A stretch of DNA of 64,000 bases from Macrostomum lignano (taxonomy: Eukaryota). The DNA is taken from contig NIVC01001592.1 of the NCBI GenBank assembly GCA_002269645.1, positions 186,001 to 250,000 on the forward strand, in the 5' to 3' direction. The position numbers and the translations under genes were made by a program. Under the pieces are notes generated by a model. That model did not search any database. It saw only the letters and a program-made list of their open reading frames with translations, and was not told the origin of the DNA. Below are positions 39,070 through 51,387 of this stretch, piece after piece (positions within the stretch are counted from its first letter, which is position 1; each line of letters starts with the position of its first letter).

Positions 39070-40378
39070 TAGGGGTGTTCGGGATGGCATTTTTTCGGGG
39101 TTAACCCCGATCCCGAACATCTTTCGGGAATCCCGAACCCCGTCCCGAACATTTATCGGGAACCCCGAACCCCGCCCCGAACCCTAATCCCGACCCCGAA
39201 CCCCGATAACCCCGAAGTAAGCAATAGCATGTAATAAAGTGGTATTGACGGCTACTTACGACTATTAGCCTGTTTCAGTTCAACTTAAAATTAATGTGAA
39301 GTGTGAAATTAATTTAAGGCAGGTTGCATTTCTTTTGTTTTCTTTTTCCAATAGTGAATCAAATAGTGAACTCAAGGTTCGAAAACCACTATTTATTCAG
39401 TATATCACAATGAAAATGGGCGGCATCTTGTCCAGAAAGCTCCTGCTTAAGGCTCCAGATGACATCACTCTTGAGATGGTTTTGGATGTCCACCATGTCA
39501 CCCAGGTTTAGATGAGGCGATGCGACGATGGTATTGTCTAGAAAAGCAGCGGTCTTGTAGAACAAGATGTTGAAGTCTTTGCACTCAAACGTGTACTTGT
39601 TCAGCTGCTCCATAAGACGCCTCCGAATGGATCGATCGACGCCGTCAACATCAGCAGAAAGAAATTGCCGCAGACCATAGAGGACGACATAGGCAATGTT
39701 AGCGGTAGGATAATTTGGACCTGAAAGCATTTTTGTGGCGAGCGAGACTTGGCTCAGAACATTGAGAAGTGCGCTTGCAATCTCCTTCTCCTCTTGGCGC
39801 AGAAAGAGGTCTCGGAGCTCCCTTGTTTCGGTGTCGCTGGTCGAGTCCTGAATGAGCTGGCAAAGCGCCTTCTCGACGTCAGATGAGCGCTGAAAGTAGA
39901 TGCGAAGCATGACGAATGTAGAACTCCAGCGAGTCTTGACATCAAGTGGCACCAAACTGTCTCCGGTTCCGGTGGCCTCGGCCTCTCTTCGAAGCACATC
40001 TGCAGCTCGAGTGGAGTGTCGGAAGAGCTTGGCCGTCCTCCGAAGCTTGGCCACGGCGGCATGAATTTTTAGCCTCTCGTCAGAAGGAATGGACACGGCA
40101 ACTCCTTCAGCCCACTCGGTGTCGTCTTTGTCGTCTTCATCCTCAGCTTCACTGTCGCTATGCCCCTGGCCCTGACGCCTATCATCTATGGAAATTCAGA
40201 AAATTTGCGAAACCCCCGAAAACCCCGAAATCTCGGTCCAAAATCCCGTCCCGAACATAGATCCCGATCATTTATCGGGAACCCCGAACCCCATCCCGAA
40301 CATTCATCGGGACCCCGAACCCCGACCCCTAATCCCGAACCCGAACCCCGACCTAACCCCGAACCCCGAACACCCCTA
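39070..40378 (-). mobile_element. hAT (Ac/ZBED-like) internally deleted DNA transposon, 1309 bp
   Basis: TIRs TAGGGGTGTTCGGG / CCCGAACACCCCTA; 8-bp TSD AGCCAAAC (39062-69 and 40379-86); many CCCGAA subterminal repeats. Confidence 0.92.
39389..40096 (-). pseudogene. hAT transposase central fragment
   Basis: VAKLRRTAKLFRHS, PLDVKTRWSSTFVML, TKMLSGPNYPT, YKTAAFLD. It lacks the BED finger, first catalytic region and C-terminal dimerisation domain. Confidence 0.85.
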
Positions 40379-42002
40379 AGCCAAACCTATAGGGCTCGGA
40401 AATTAGCCAGCATAGATAGCTTAATCGAGGCGCGAGGCAAATCCAAATCAACAGCATATAGGCATAAAAAGAAGGCTGAGGCAATTGAGAATAGAGGGTC
40501 GGAAAGCCCACACAAAAATATAGAGGCCCCAGTGGAATGCAGCAAATAATAACAAGATGGCAGCAACAGCTACTCCATTTCATGCAACTACTAAAGAGTA
40601 AGACAAAGGCGAGGCAGCCAGTTGAGCAAGGCCGGGGTTGACGACGCGAAGGCAGCCAAGCGAAAAAGATTATCGAGCGCGTGTCGGAGAGACCGCCAGC
40701 GGGAGGAGCATCGGGAGCACCTGAATCTGTCATGCTATACATGTTGCGCGAAATCCACCCCGCCAGAGGCAGGGGATGAAAGCATAGAAAGTTTATAAGG
40801 ATACAGTCTCCTCCTTTTCCCAGTGTGGCAATGGAAAAGTAAGTCCGAGGATGCATTTCTCAGGCCGAGGCGAAAGCCAAGGCCTTGAGAATATCATCCG
40901 AGGACTTTCTTTTCCATAGACATATTTGGAAAAAGGAGGAGAAAATATTTAACCTACTGAAAGCAAAAGACGCATCAATATCCAGTACAGTTAGTCTATG
41001 GCACAAACCAATGTGACTGACTGGCTAAAGTGTTATGAATCATCTTGATGATCTACTAAATGGTGCAGTCCATCCATCTGCATACATAATAGAGATTTTT
41101 TTCTTCTGCATACATAATAAAAACATTTTACCATGGAAGACGACTTAGATCTAGTGTTAGGATATTTTGAAAGTAAATAATCCGCTGCAACGAATCCTGC
41201 TGCTGGTAGTGATCGATTCGCTACGCTCTCGACTGACGAAATACAAGGGAACTGCAGATTGTGGTTGATTTTGGAGGTGAGGTGGGTGTCAGAGCCAATG
41301 CAAATTCAACGCCTATCTAAATGCATTAGACCTCTTATAATTGGTCCAGGCCCTCATTATGATTTATGTATGTCATTATGTGAGATATATATACATGTAA
41401 CTCTCATGTAAATCTAATTATACATGTAATCAGTGTACATTCCCATTTGTACATTGTGGTCGTACAGAAGCGACCAGCACAATATAGTACGCATATTTAG
41501 CGCTTCACCATAGCCGTTGTTGTACGCAGAAGCGTGTGCGCGCCCAGCCCCGCGCAAGTTTCAATGCAGCATTGGTGTAGCGTGCCCCACCCACCCATAA
41601 CTGTCCATATTATTACCTGTCCATATACCCAAAATTGGCAGAATTAGCGCCCACCCACCCATAACAGTCCGATCATACCCAATATTCGTGTACGCGCAGA
41701 ATTAGCGCCCACCCATCCAAGAAAATATTCATATTCTGTGACCCCCCCACAAAATTGGCGGCCCCGCGCGCGCGTAGGCATGATGAGTCAGCCGCTGTAA
41801 ATCGCTGCTGTCCACCCCTCTGCCCTGCGCGGCTCGCTATAGCTATAACTGCAGCAGGGTTACACAACAACCCGGTCGAGACACAATGCTAACTTTATAG
41901 CCAGACACGTCATCAAGGTCTGAAAACACACTTCTATGCATGAAATATTCTCGTTTAATAAGATGCCAGGCCAATTTTGTTCAGACAGCATGCTATCATA
42001 TG

Positions 42003-42408
42003 CGAATTTGAGAATGAGAATTTGAGAATGAGAATTTGAGAATGAGAATTTGAGAATGAGAATTTGAGAATGAGAATTTGAGAATGAGAATTTGAGAATG
42101 AGAATTTGAGAATGAGAATTTGAGAATGAGAATTTGAGAATGAGAATTTGAGAATGAGAATTTGAGAATGAGAATTTGAGAATGAGAATTTGAGAATGAG
42201 AATTTGAGAATGAGAATTTGAGAATGAGAATTTGAGAATGAGAATTTGAGAATGAGAATTTGAGAATGAGAATTTGAGAATGAGAATTTGAGAATGAGAA
42301 TTTGAGAATGAGAATTTGAGAATGAGAATTTGAGAATGAGAATTTGAGAATGAGAATTTGAGAATGAGAATTTGAGAATGAGAATTTGAGAATGAGAATT
42401 TGAGAATT
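42003..42408. repeat. 14-bp minisatellite (TTTGAGAATGAGAA)n
   Basis: About 29 perfect units. Confidence 0.97.
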
Positions 42409-43192
42409 CATATATATGAGAATTTTGCTTGTCAACGCTTGAATTGGAACGACGATAAATACTTCTATGAAAAAACAAACTATTACGATAAATTCAAATA
42501 ACGACCTCTGATTTTAAATTGTATTTTTATATCCTTTCAGAATAGCTAAGAAAAAACATTTTTTTGCGCGCGATGATAAACCACTTACCTAAAACGAAGT
42601 AAAAAATTAAAACCCTCACCTCAAGCAGCACACTACATGCAAGGAATGTGAGGGTTTCACGACAGATATTCAGACAGACATTCAAAACGATCGTCTGTAA
42701 CTTTAAACAAAATTGACCCGCTTCAACCATCTTTTTGGCAAATATTTACGCAAGTGTTGGGCGTCGAATAAGCTTTAATTTATTAACCGAAGTAAAAATC
42801 TTTCTGACATACATTGATTTAAAAATTGCTTAGCAACACTCTGATTAGACATCGCTTTACCGTTGACTGAATTTGTTTTGATCGTAGCAGCCTAAAAGCA
42901 GATACTGGATTAAAAAATGCTTCGATTTACTCTTTACGCATGTCTCAGCTTTAAAATGACACCTCAGGTGTCGCAAAAGACAGCTTTGATGCTGAGATAT
43001 TCGACACTAAACATTGCTTTGCTCGAACTCACATTCAGAAATTTCACTGATTTTTTATCGATATTTGTGCAGCTGCCGTGTCTTTGTTTTTCATCAGAAT
43101 CTCGTCAAATTCTAGTCATGTCTATACGCATGTCTCAGCTTTAAAATGACACCTCAGGCGTCGCAAAAGACAGCTTTGATCAGCCAGATCCG

Positions 43193-45753
43193 TCAGTAGC
43201 GGCTGACGGACCAGTAGCTAGTAGGAGCTTTTGGTGAAGCGGGAGCGGCTGACGGACCAGGAGGAGCTTGTGGTGAAGCGGGAGCGGCTGACGGACCAGG
43301 AGGAGCTTGTGGTGAAGCGGGAGCGGCTGACGGACCAGGAGGAGCTTGTGGTGAAGCGGGAGCGGCTGACGGACCAGGAGGAGCTTGTGGTGAAGCGGGA
43401 GCGGCTGACGGACCAGGAGGAGCTTGTGGTGAAGCGGGAGCGGCTGACGGACCAGGAGGAGCTTGTGGTGAAGCGGGAGCGGCAGACGGACGATGAGGAG
43501 CTTGCGAAAAGTGACCTGCTGGAGTTTTACTACTTCCGTATCTAGCTCGCTTTCTACTCCATCGCTCTTCAGCTCTCTCAGCACTTTCATAACTTCTTTT
43601 TTGAACTTTGCGAAATTGAGGGTGCGATTTTACCAGGTTCATAATACTAGCTTCAACGAGTCTTTCTTTAATAAATTTGGCGTTGATCGTCGCAAACTGC
43701 CCCATGGACAAAGGTAGTCCGTAAGATTCTTTGACTCTTTTAAACCAGCTTTCAACGTGAGCATTGGAGAATGGAGACTTCATCAACGAGGCTTTAAATG
43801 CGTGACTCCATGTACTAGCACTCCATAATGGAAGAAATGCTAAGTAGTGCGAAATGAGGAGGCTTACAAGGTCTGGACAAAAAATTCATTAGTGCTGCAG
43901 TTTTCGGTTGGCTGCTGCCTTAGTTTCTCCATCAATGAATCTCGTAGCTTGTTGAAGTACGCATAATATGGTGACAGCCGGTATGCAGATTTTTCGAGCT
44001 TTTTGTTTTCACTTTCGATTATTTCTTGCTTTTCGTTGTATTCAGCATCAGATGATGCCTCCTTAAAGTACTGACAACTACCTGCCTCAGCATTCAGTTT
44101 AGCTTGCGAAGTCAGACAGCCTTCCTTGGTCTGAGATAAAAATATCGTCATCATGTCAGTTATTATTTCTTTTACTTCTTCAATGCTTTCGGATGTAATA
44201 ATTAAACTGAAATAGGTAAGGAATTTCTCTCTGATATGTTTTGGTGTCTTTTTACGCCTTAAATACCGACTTGCTGAATGCATCAAATGATTCTTACATA
44301 AAAATATCCCGTATGTATGCTCATACGTTTTGGACTTCTCAAAATAATGAAAATGTAACCCAAGATATGTTTCCAAGTCACACTGGTGAAATTCTAAACA
44401 GCTGTGAATCAGGGCCCATGAGAAATCAGTGACCCAAATAATGGGCAGGTATGACTGCCGGACAATGGAAATCATATTTAAGATCTGATGTCTCAGCAAG
44501 CGAAGAAAAGTTGAAATTGAAGCTACATTGTGCTCATTTGTGATGCAGTCAGCGATGGAGCAGGACTGCTCAGTTCTGGATGCTGTGGTCACCACAGTGT
44601 ATAAAAACATCCGACCAGGGTCGCTGGACTTCTTAATTATTGAGCCGGTTGAATTAATATGAAGAACCGTCCCGCTGCTTTGCTTGATGACAGAAATTAG
44701 GTACTCCATCTGATGCCCCGTGTACATTACTAGTCGGACAGGATCTAAGCAACGCTCTCTAATGACTCCTGGCAAATAAGAGTGAGGATACTCCTCCAAA
44801 AGTGCAATCTTTGCCATAAATAATTCTTGGCTTACTTATTTGTGCAGACTCTCACCATTCCTGATGCGCTTCATAACCCGCTTCAGCACATTTTTTGTCT
44901 TACAAGAGTCAAAATTTTTTGCTAGAACGTGCGCTCTATGCTCCTCTTCATTCAGTAATTGCCTGTAAGCAGCAGTAACTCCACGAGAGGCGACTAAAGG
45001 ACGAATGCGCTCTTCTTCGGCTAAGGTAATCCGTCGAAAAGTTGGATGGCCGCCGTTGTCATGGCAAAAAACACCTTCTCCCTTGACAAGCCAATCCCAC
45101 TGCTCCGAACTTTGGGGCGGCCGTTCCATAATGAAAGTGTAACTTCTACTGCATCCAGCTACTTTGCAAGACGCTTTTACAGTCCAAAAAGGACAATTAC
45201 GTTTTCTGGATTGCGGAGTTTGAATATGGCAGTAGCCCCTCATTTTAAGAACACAAGATGACAGTGTTTGCAGTGACTTACATAGGGCTTCATTTAGTGG
45301 CGCTTTGAAAAATATATACTTCGACCTATTTGAAGTCTCCGCCAATTGGACTGCTTCTACGTCGGATCTCAACATTTGAAACCGTCCTTGAACTATTTCA
45401 GAGTTAAGTGAGCTAATGGTATCAAATGGAAGGCTAGTGCTCATACTCGTAAGCGAAGCAGGTTCACAATTGAAATGGTTGTATTCATGGCCATGGGATC
45501 TAAACTGATCTGTTTCACTTTCACTCGCTTCGGTCTCAGAAGGAGCAGCAGTTGATGGACTGAGGTGAGAAGATGCGTCACGACTTGAGCTGTTTTTAGA
45601 AAACATCTTTATCCAATTAAATATTTTCATGCGGTTCCTTAGGTTGTTCCGCATTCCAAGTCTAGAAGTCAAGACAGAAAAAAGTTGAGAACTGCTACGG
45701 TAGTCCGTAGGGATTGGAAAGCTTAGCAGTACATTAGAAATCGCCTGTTCAAT
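43193..45753 (-). pseudogene. MULE/NOF-like transposase, inactivated
   Basis: Three ORF-track segments join: an in-frame TAA at 44836-38 and a 1-nt T-run frameshift near 43880. Motifs VLHINSTGSI (expected D replaced by N), VTDFSWALIHS, LCKNHLMH, FLPLWS, SNAHVESWF, AEERWSRK. Possible 78-bp intron at 45754-45831. Confidence 0.8.
43205..43500. repeat. 39-bp tandem repeat encoding (PSAAPASPQAPPG)n at the transposase C-terminus
   Basis: About 7 units of gtgaagcgggagcggctgacggaccaggaggagcttgtg. Confidence 0.9.
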
Positions 45754-47862
45754 CTAAAAAGTATGAAGTACATAGCTATTGGGTTGCAACAACAGTCGAA
45801 AAAATTCTTCCTTTTTATATCCACCGCTTACCTCATTCCGATTTGGATAGCAGAAGCCACGCAAAAAAAGTAAAAACATAACAAATAAACTATTTGCTTC
45901 ATATTAATTGCCACTGACTGTTAATAAACGCGACGTCAATTTCTTTCAATAACAGTTGGAACATGTTTCTCGTACGCTCGTATATTTATTTGAACCGCAA
46001 AGCGGTGAAAAGTCATGATTGGTCGCCATATGTACGAATGTACACTCACTGACTCACTGACTCAGGTACAATCTATGCAAGATAAAGGCAGGAATCTTTA
46101 AAAATCAAATACTGAAGACAGTTTGTCACGATGTTGATGTTGGCGTAGCGGCTAACTATGGCTAGGACCCTTAAAAGGGCCGTTTTTACAAGCGTTGCAG
46201 TAAGTCGTAGTTCCAAAATAAGTTGAAGTCAACTCTTGCAAAGCGGATTGTGTAGCGGAGCACTTGGCAATAAAGGCAGGAAACTGCCGTAGTTGTTTTA
46301 TTGTTAAAATCAATATTAGGCTTGGTTATTACTGTCAATACACAAACTATAGCTTCTGGGCACTGGCGGCTGCAACAATGGTTTTGAATATAATTGGAGG
46401 TGAAGTCAAGTGACAGACGAGTGATGCGATGGCGACGTAACGTAATGAGCAATGGCAATGAGCACAGTGAAGGCGGTGAGACACAGTAGGCAGGATTGGC
46501 GTCAGCCGTGGCGTGAGGTAAGGAGGCTCGAGGCAGCCAGACAGAGAACAAGGCAGACAAGCCTAAGGAGAGAGAGAGAGAGCAAAACCAGGAAAGAAGG
46601 GAGGACACAAGCAGGCACGTGAAGCCCCCAGCCCGCCAGGCGAGGGTTAATAAAGGAGCGCAGAGGGGGGGGGTAGCACGAAGCACGAGCGGTTCTCATT
46701 GGCTGGCTAAAGAACTTAAAATTATCGATCGTGCCAGTTTTCTACGGTCGCATGAAAGGATAGCAAAATGCGCAGTGAGTTAGCGATAAGTACAAATTCA
46801 TTGGGCACTACTACAAGTAAACGTTAAAATAAACTATTGGAGAAATTAAAATGAGTAATAGCAAGGGAAACTATAGTCCAACGGCCCCTCTCGGGACCAC
46901 TTAAACTAGCAACGTCACAAGTTTAAGAGAAGTCCAGGTTTAAAAATAGAAGCGATCGATACAATCGATAAAATAATTGCCTTCAGCATTCCACAATACA
47001 CTTGTACGTTAGCAAGGCTCCATACGATGGTTAATAAATGGAGAAGTAGGCAAGCGTCTGAACAACTATTGATTAAAAATCAGTGAAGTTTCTGAATGTG
47101 AGTTCGAGCAAAGCAATGTTTAGTGTCGAATTCATTTTTAGTATATTGGATATCTCAGCATCAAAGCTGTCTTTTGCAACGCCTGAGGTGTCATTTTAAA
47201 GCTGAGACATGCGTATAGACATGACTAGAATTTGACGAGATTCTGATGAAAAACAAGGACACGGCAGCTGCACAAATATCGATAAAAAATCAGTGAAATT
47301 TCTGAATGTGAGTTTGAGCAAAGCAATGTTTAGTGTCGAATATCTCAGCATCAAAGCTGTCTTTTGCGACGCCTGAGGTGTCATTTTAAAGCTGAGACAT
47401 GCGTATAGACATGACTAGAATTTGACGAGATTCTGATGAAAAACAAAGACACGGCAGCTGCACAAATATCGATAAAAAATCAGTGAAATTTCTGAATGTG
47501 AGTTCGAGCAAAGCAATGTTTAGTGTCGAATATCTCAGCATCAAAGCTGTCTTTTGCGACACCTGAGGTGTCATTTTAAAGCTGAGACATGCGTAAAGAG
47601 TAAATCGAAGCATTTTTTAATCCAGTATCTGCTTTTAGGCTGCTACGATCAAAACAAATTCAGTCAACGGTAAAGCGATGTCTAATCAGAGTGTTGCTAA
47701 ACAATTTTTAAATCAATGTATGTCAGAAAGATTTTTACTTCGGTTAATAAATTAAAGCTTATTCGACGCCCAACACTTGCGTAAATATTTGCCAAAAAGA
47801 TGGTTGAAGCGGGTCAATTTTGTTTAAAGTTACAGACGATCGTTTTGAATGTCTGTCTGAAT

Positions 47863-48122
47863 GGGCCTTTTCATATTGCTTGCTCTGGTTCCAGAACCAG
47901 AACCAATTTGTGAAGTATAACTTTTTGTCTCCATAACTAGAGGGAGATAAGTGCTATAAAGTTTTTATTATTGAATGACAATCGCCAAGAAGAAAGTGAA
48001 AAATTGTGCTAAGTTAGGTTGTTAAGGCAGTCAAATATTAACAGAGTTTAATAGTTATACTGCTGTTTTTCTTGGAATTCCGAACCGATTCTGGTTCTGG
48101 AATTGGTAATATGAAAAGGCCC
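47863..48122. mobile_element. 260-bp MITE (PIF/Harbinger-like) nested in the right TIR of the MULE
   Basis: TIRs GGGCCTTTTCATATT / AATATGAAAAGGCCC; 3-bp TSD AAT; the left MULE arm preserves the empty site (gacagatattcagac). Confidence 0.88.
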
Positions 48123-49590
48123 AATATCTGTCGTGAAACCCTCACATATGCAAGGACGACTCTACATGATGTATGTGCTAAATTAAATAAGCTCGGCGGC
48201 GCGGCAACAGTGCCAATAATGCGACGCGAACGGCAGCTGGTGCTACATTACAATTACCTACATATCATATACACTAGGCCACTAGCGTCTATGTATGTGC
48301 AAGTATATTTAGTATATTTCAGATTTAGTAATATTTAGATATTATAGCCTTAAAAGGCTATATAAGGCTATAATTATAATGGTTAGGCCTATGCCCCATT
48401 ATGTTAGGCCTAGGGCCTATTATATAGGCCTATGACATGAGTCACGCGACTTTAAGCCTGCTATATTACGAGGACCTATATTGTTAAATAATAAATCTTA
48501 TCAGTAAAGACTGCACTGAGATTTTGAAAGTTAGGCCCCTACTTTCTTAGTATTTTTTTCTATCATATTTGATAAATTGCAGAGACTGTGTGAATGCTTA
48601 AGGCAATCAAATGAAGCCAATTTTCAAGTGATCACACAAAATTTCAGTTGATGATTAACAAATCTTTGACAATCACCTCAGTTTTTCACACCATCAACTA
48701 ACTTTTATGAATGATTGCAAGTACTCACTCACACTGCAATCAATGGACATATACAGGATATACTGAGAAGAATGACTAGGTTAGTAGGTAGGGCCTAGCC
48801 CTAGGCTAAGGTTTAGAGGGTGATGCAAGTTTTTCAATTAGTTGTATTAAAAATACTGTGTGCACATATCTCCAGCCAGTGGTGCAACCAGAGGGGGTGG
48901 GGGGAGGCAGTTGCCCCCCTTATTTGGCAGAGACCCAAAAAACAGTCAATACAACAATAGTCAAAGGGGGACCAAGCAAATTTTTGCCAAAAACAAAGCC
49001 ACCCCTCTGCCCCTTTCCTCCTAGGACTTTACCCTCCAGAATCTGCCCTTCAAAAAATTTCTGGTTGCGCTAAGCCTACTGTCTCTAGCTAAGTCTAAAT
49101 TGTATATATTTTCAGCAGGTTTGAGAAAACTAGGCTAGGCCTATTTTATGCTTTGGATTCAATACCAGTGTACAATCTATACTAGTGTATTAAGGGCAAA
49201 GCCAGTGCTTTTGTTGATATAACTGGCATGTGATGCAAGCTAGGCCTAACAAAAAAAACCTTGCATAGGCCTATTATAATTTTCTATCTTCCTTTCTTGG
49301 TATTTTGATTTTTATGATGCCAAAGGTTGTAGGCCTATAAAATAAGATTTTCTTGCAGTTGCACCTTGTTTATTAGGGATTCTAGCAGCAACCAACAGAC
49401 ATTGTTTGTAATATTTTTACATACCTGCTCATTTTGCTTATTTCAAGGGTTGGTTAACTTTTTTATTTTAAGGGTCAGATAAAGAACCTAGAGTCTAGAG
49501 CATGATTGCAGTCTAGAAGAAAGAGGAGATGAAGAGTAAAAAAGAAAGGAGATAGGAGAAAGAAGAGGCGAGGGAATAAAGGAGCAAAAA

Positions 49591-49762
49591 CATACATGCG
49601 CAACCTAGGTATTCACCCGGCCGTTTCCATTGGCAACACACACATGTAAGTTGCTATTGGCTGAGAGCAGTCACGTGACTACTATTCTCTCCAATAGCGA
49701 CTTACATGTGTGTGTTGCCAATAGAAACGGCCGGGTGAATCCCAAGGTTGCGCCCAAGCATG
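49591..49762. mobile_element. 172-bp palindromic MITE with CATACATGCGCAAC terminus
   Basis: Long internal inverted repeat (cggccgtttccattggcaacacacacatgtaag / cttacatgtgtgtgttgccaatagaaacggccg); 8-bp TSD AGCAAAAA (49583-90 and 49763-70). Confidence 0.8.
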
Positions 49763-50471
49763 AGCAAAAAGGAAACAAGACAAGAAAAAAAATGAATTAG
49801 ACTAGGAGAATAGAAAATAAAAAAAAGAGGAGCAAAGAAGAGACAAGAAAAGAAAAAAGCGCTAAGAAGAATCAAACATTAAATAGGCCAGATTGCTATT
49901 GTGCAATTTCAAAGGACTGCAAGGGTTGGATGAAGAGGCTTTATAGGCCACATTTGGCCTGTGGGCCAGAGTTTGCAACTTTTGGCTCATGTGATAGAAA
50001 ATAGTTAATAACATAACTAGTGTGATAACCAATCAATTTTGAAGCGACAGTCAGACTAGATGGAAAGTTGTTTAAATAGAATGGTTCAAGTTGAGTTTTG
50101 TGTATTGTGCAACTTGGCATGTTGTATAAGAGGCAAGCAACCAATGTATAGCATTTTAGTTGATCAACTGGCCTTCGTATTATTAACTTTGTTGCTGAAT
50201 TTAAAAATTTTCTAAGTTAGCTGAGATTTTAAGTGATCACATAAAAATTTAGAAATTCTTTAGTCAAACAAATCATGTGATTTAATCTTTCATTTGATTG
50301 CAGTGTAAATAAGCCTTTACTTTATCTACCCTACTCAAACCACCAATTGCTTTGCATTGTGTCAGTTTTCAATCTCATTGAATATGAAATACATGGCATT
50401 TAATAATATTTAGTATAGTTTGTATATCACTAATAAAATTCTTATTTCTTCCCTTTCAGTAAAAGAAACAA

Positions 50472-50517
50472 ATGGCTGGTTCACTTTTTGTGCATGCCAG
50501 TGGTAGTCGAAGATCAT
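50472..50517 (+). CDS. Possible first coding exon of PFK (MAGSLFVHASGSRRS)
   Basis: Acceptor ccctttcAG (50458-59), ATG at 50472, strong donor GTAAGT at 50518. The phase fits a weak acceptor at 51364/51365; no homology support. Confidence 0.35.
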
Positions 50518-51387
50518 GTAAGTACTATAAGTGATTTTTATTATAAAAAAACAAGTTTTGTATAACAATAATTTTTAGATTGTCAAAAAGGTTTCTTTCA
50601 GGTTTATAGTTAGTTACTATTTTAATAGTTTTTAAATTATAAAGTACTTATACTAAATATTGCTTTAAATTGATATTATTATTACTGGCTTTCATCTTAT
50701 TAAAAGTAGGAAGTAAAATGTAGTATGCTAGAATAAATAGTGACTACTAATTGTTTTATTGCATGATTAATTTTTGTCTTTTGCATTCAATCAAATATAT
50801 TTGTAAAATTCAAAAACACACAAATCAAAATTATTGCACTCATTTTAGCATTTGAAGTTGGAGGTATGCATTGTTGTTAACATGTTTTTAGACTGCTTTT
50901 TAGCTTTTTAAATGATAGCCTTTTTATTCAATTTCAATTCCCAGTTTCTAATAATCTTTGCAATCCTTGCTATATAATTTAACAAAACCAATTTTCATTT
51001 TATCATTTTAATTAATAGTCATTGATCTTATTATCAACTAGATCCAAAGTTTTTTTAAGTGCTGCCAATTTTTTATCTAATTTCTATAATTATTTTTTTC
51101 TAATAGCATTTCAGCTGAAAATCAAAATCAAAACCCAATTCTTAAAGTAATTACATTTTTGTGGCATGATTGGCTATAAAATTTTTGCCTTATGACACTG
51201 ACACTCGCAGAAGTTCGATTTTTATTGTTACCATCTTTAGACAAAATGTTAAAAAAATGGTCTAAGATATTTTGATTTGTTGCTTCTGTAAAGAAAATCT
51301 GAATCAAATTGAGAAAAAAACATTGCACCCAATCTAGCAATGATATTTTGATCAAAACTGGCAGGCTGTACCGAGACACTGCTCAGA

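Larger units (their letters stand above)
42646..48147 (-). mobile_element. Mutator-superfamily (FB-NOF-like) transposon with long modular TIRs
   Basis: Left arm 42646-43180 is the reverse complement of 47350-48147 once a 263-bp MITE insertion is discounted; 9-bp TSD ATGCAAGGA (42637-45 and 48148-56); 190-bp subrepeats in the right arm (47160, 47350, 47540). Confidence 0.9.
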
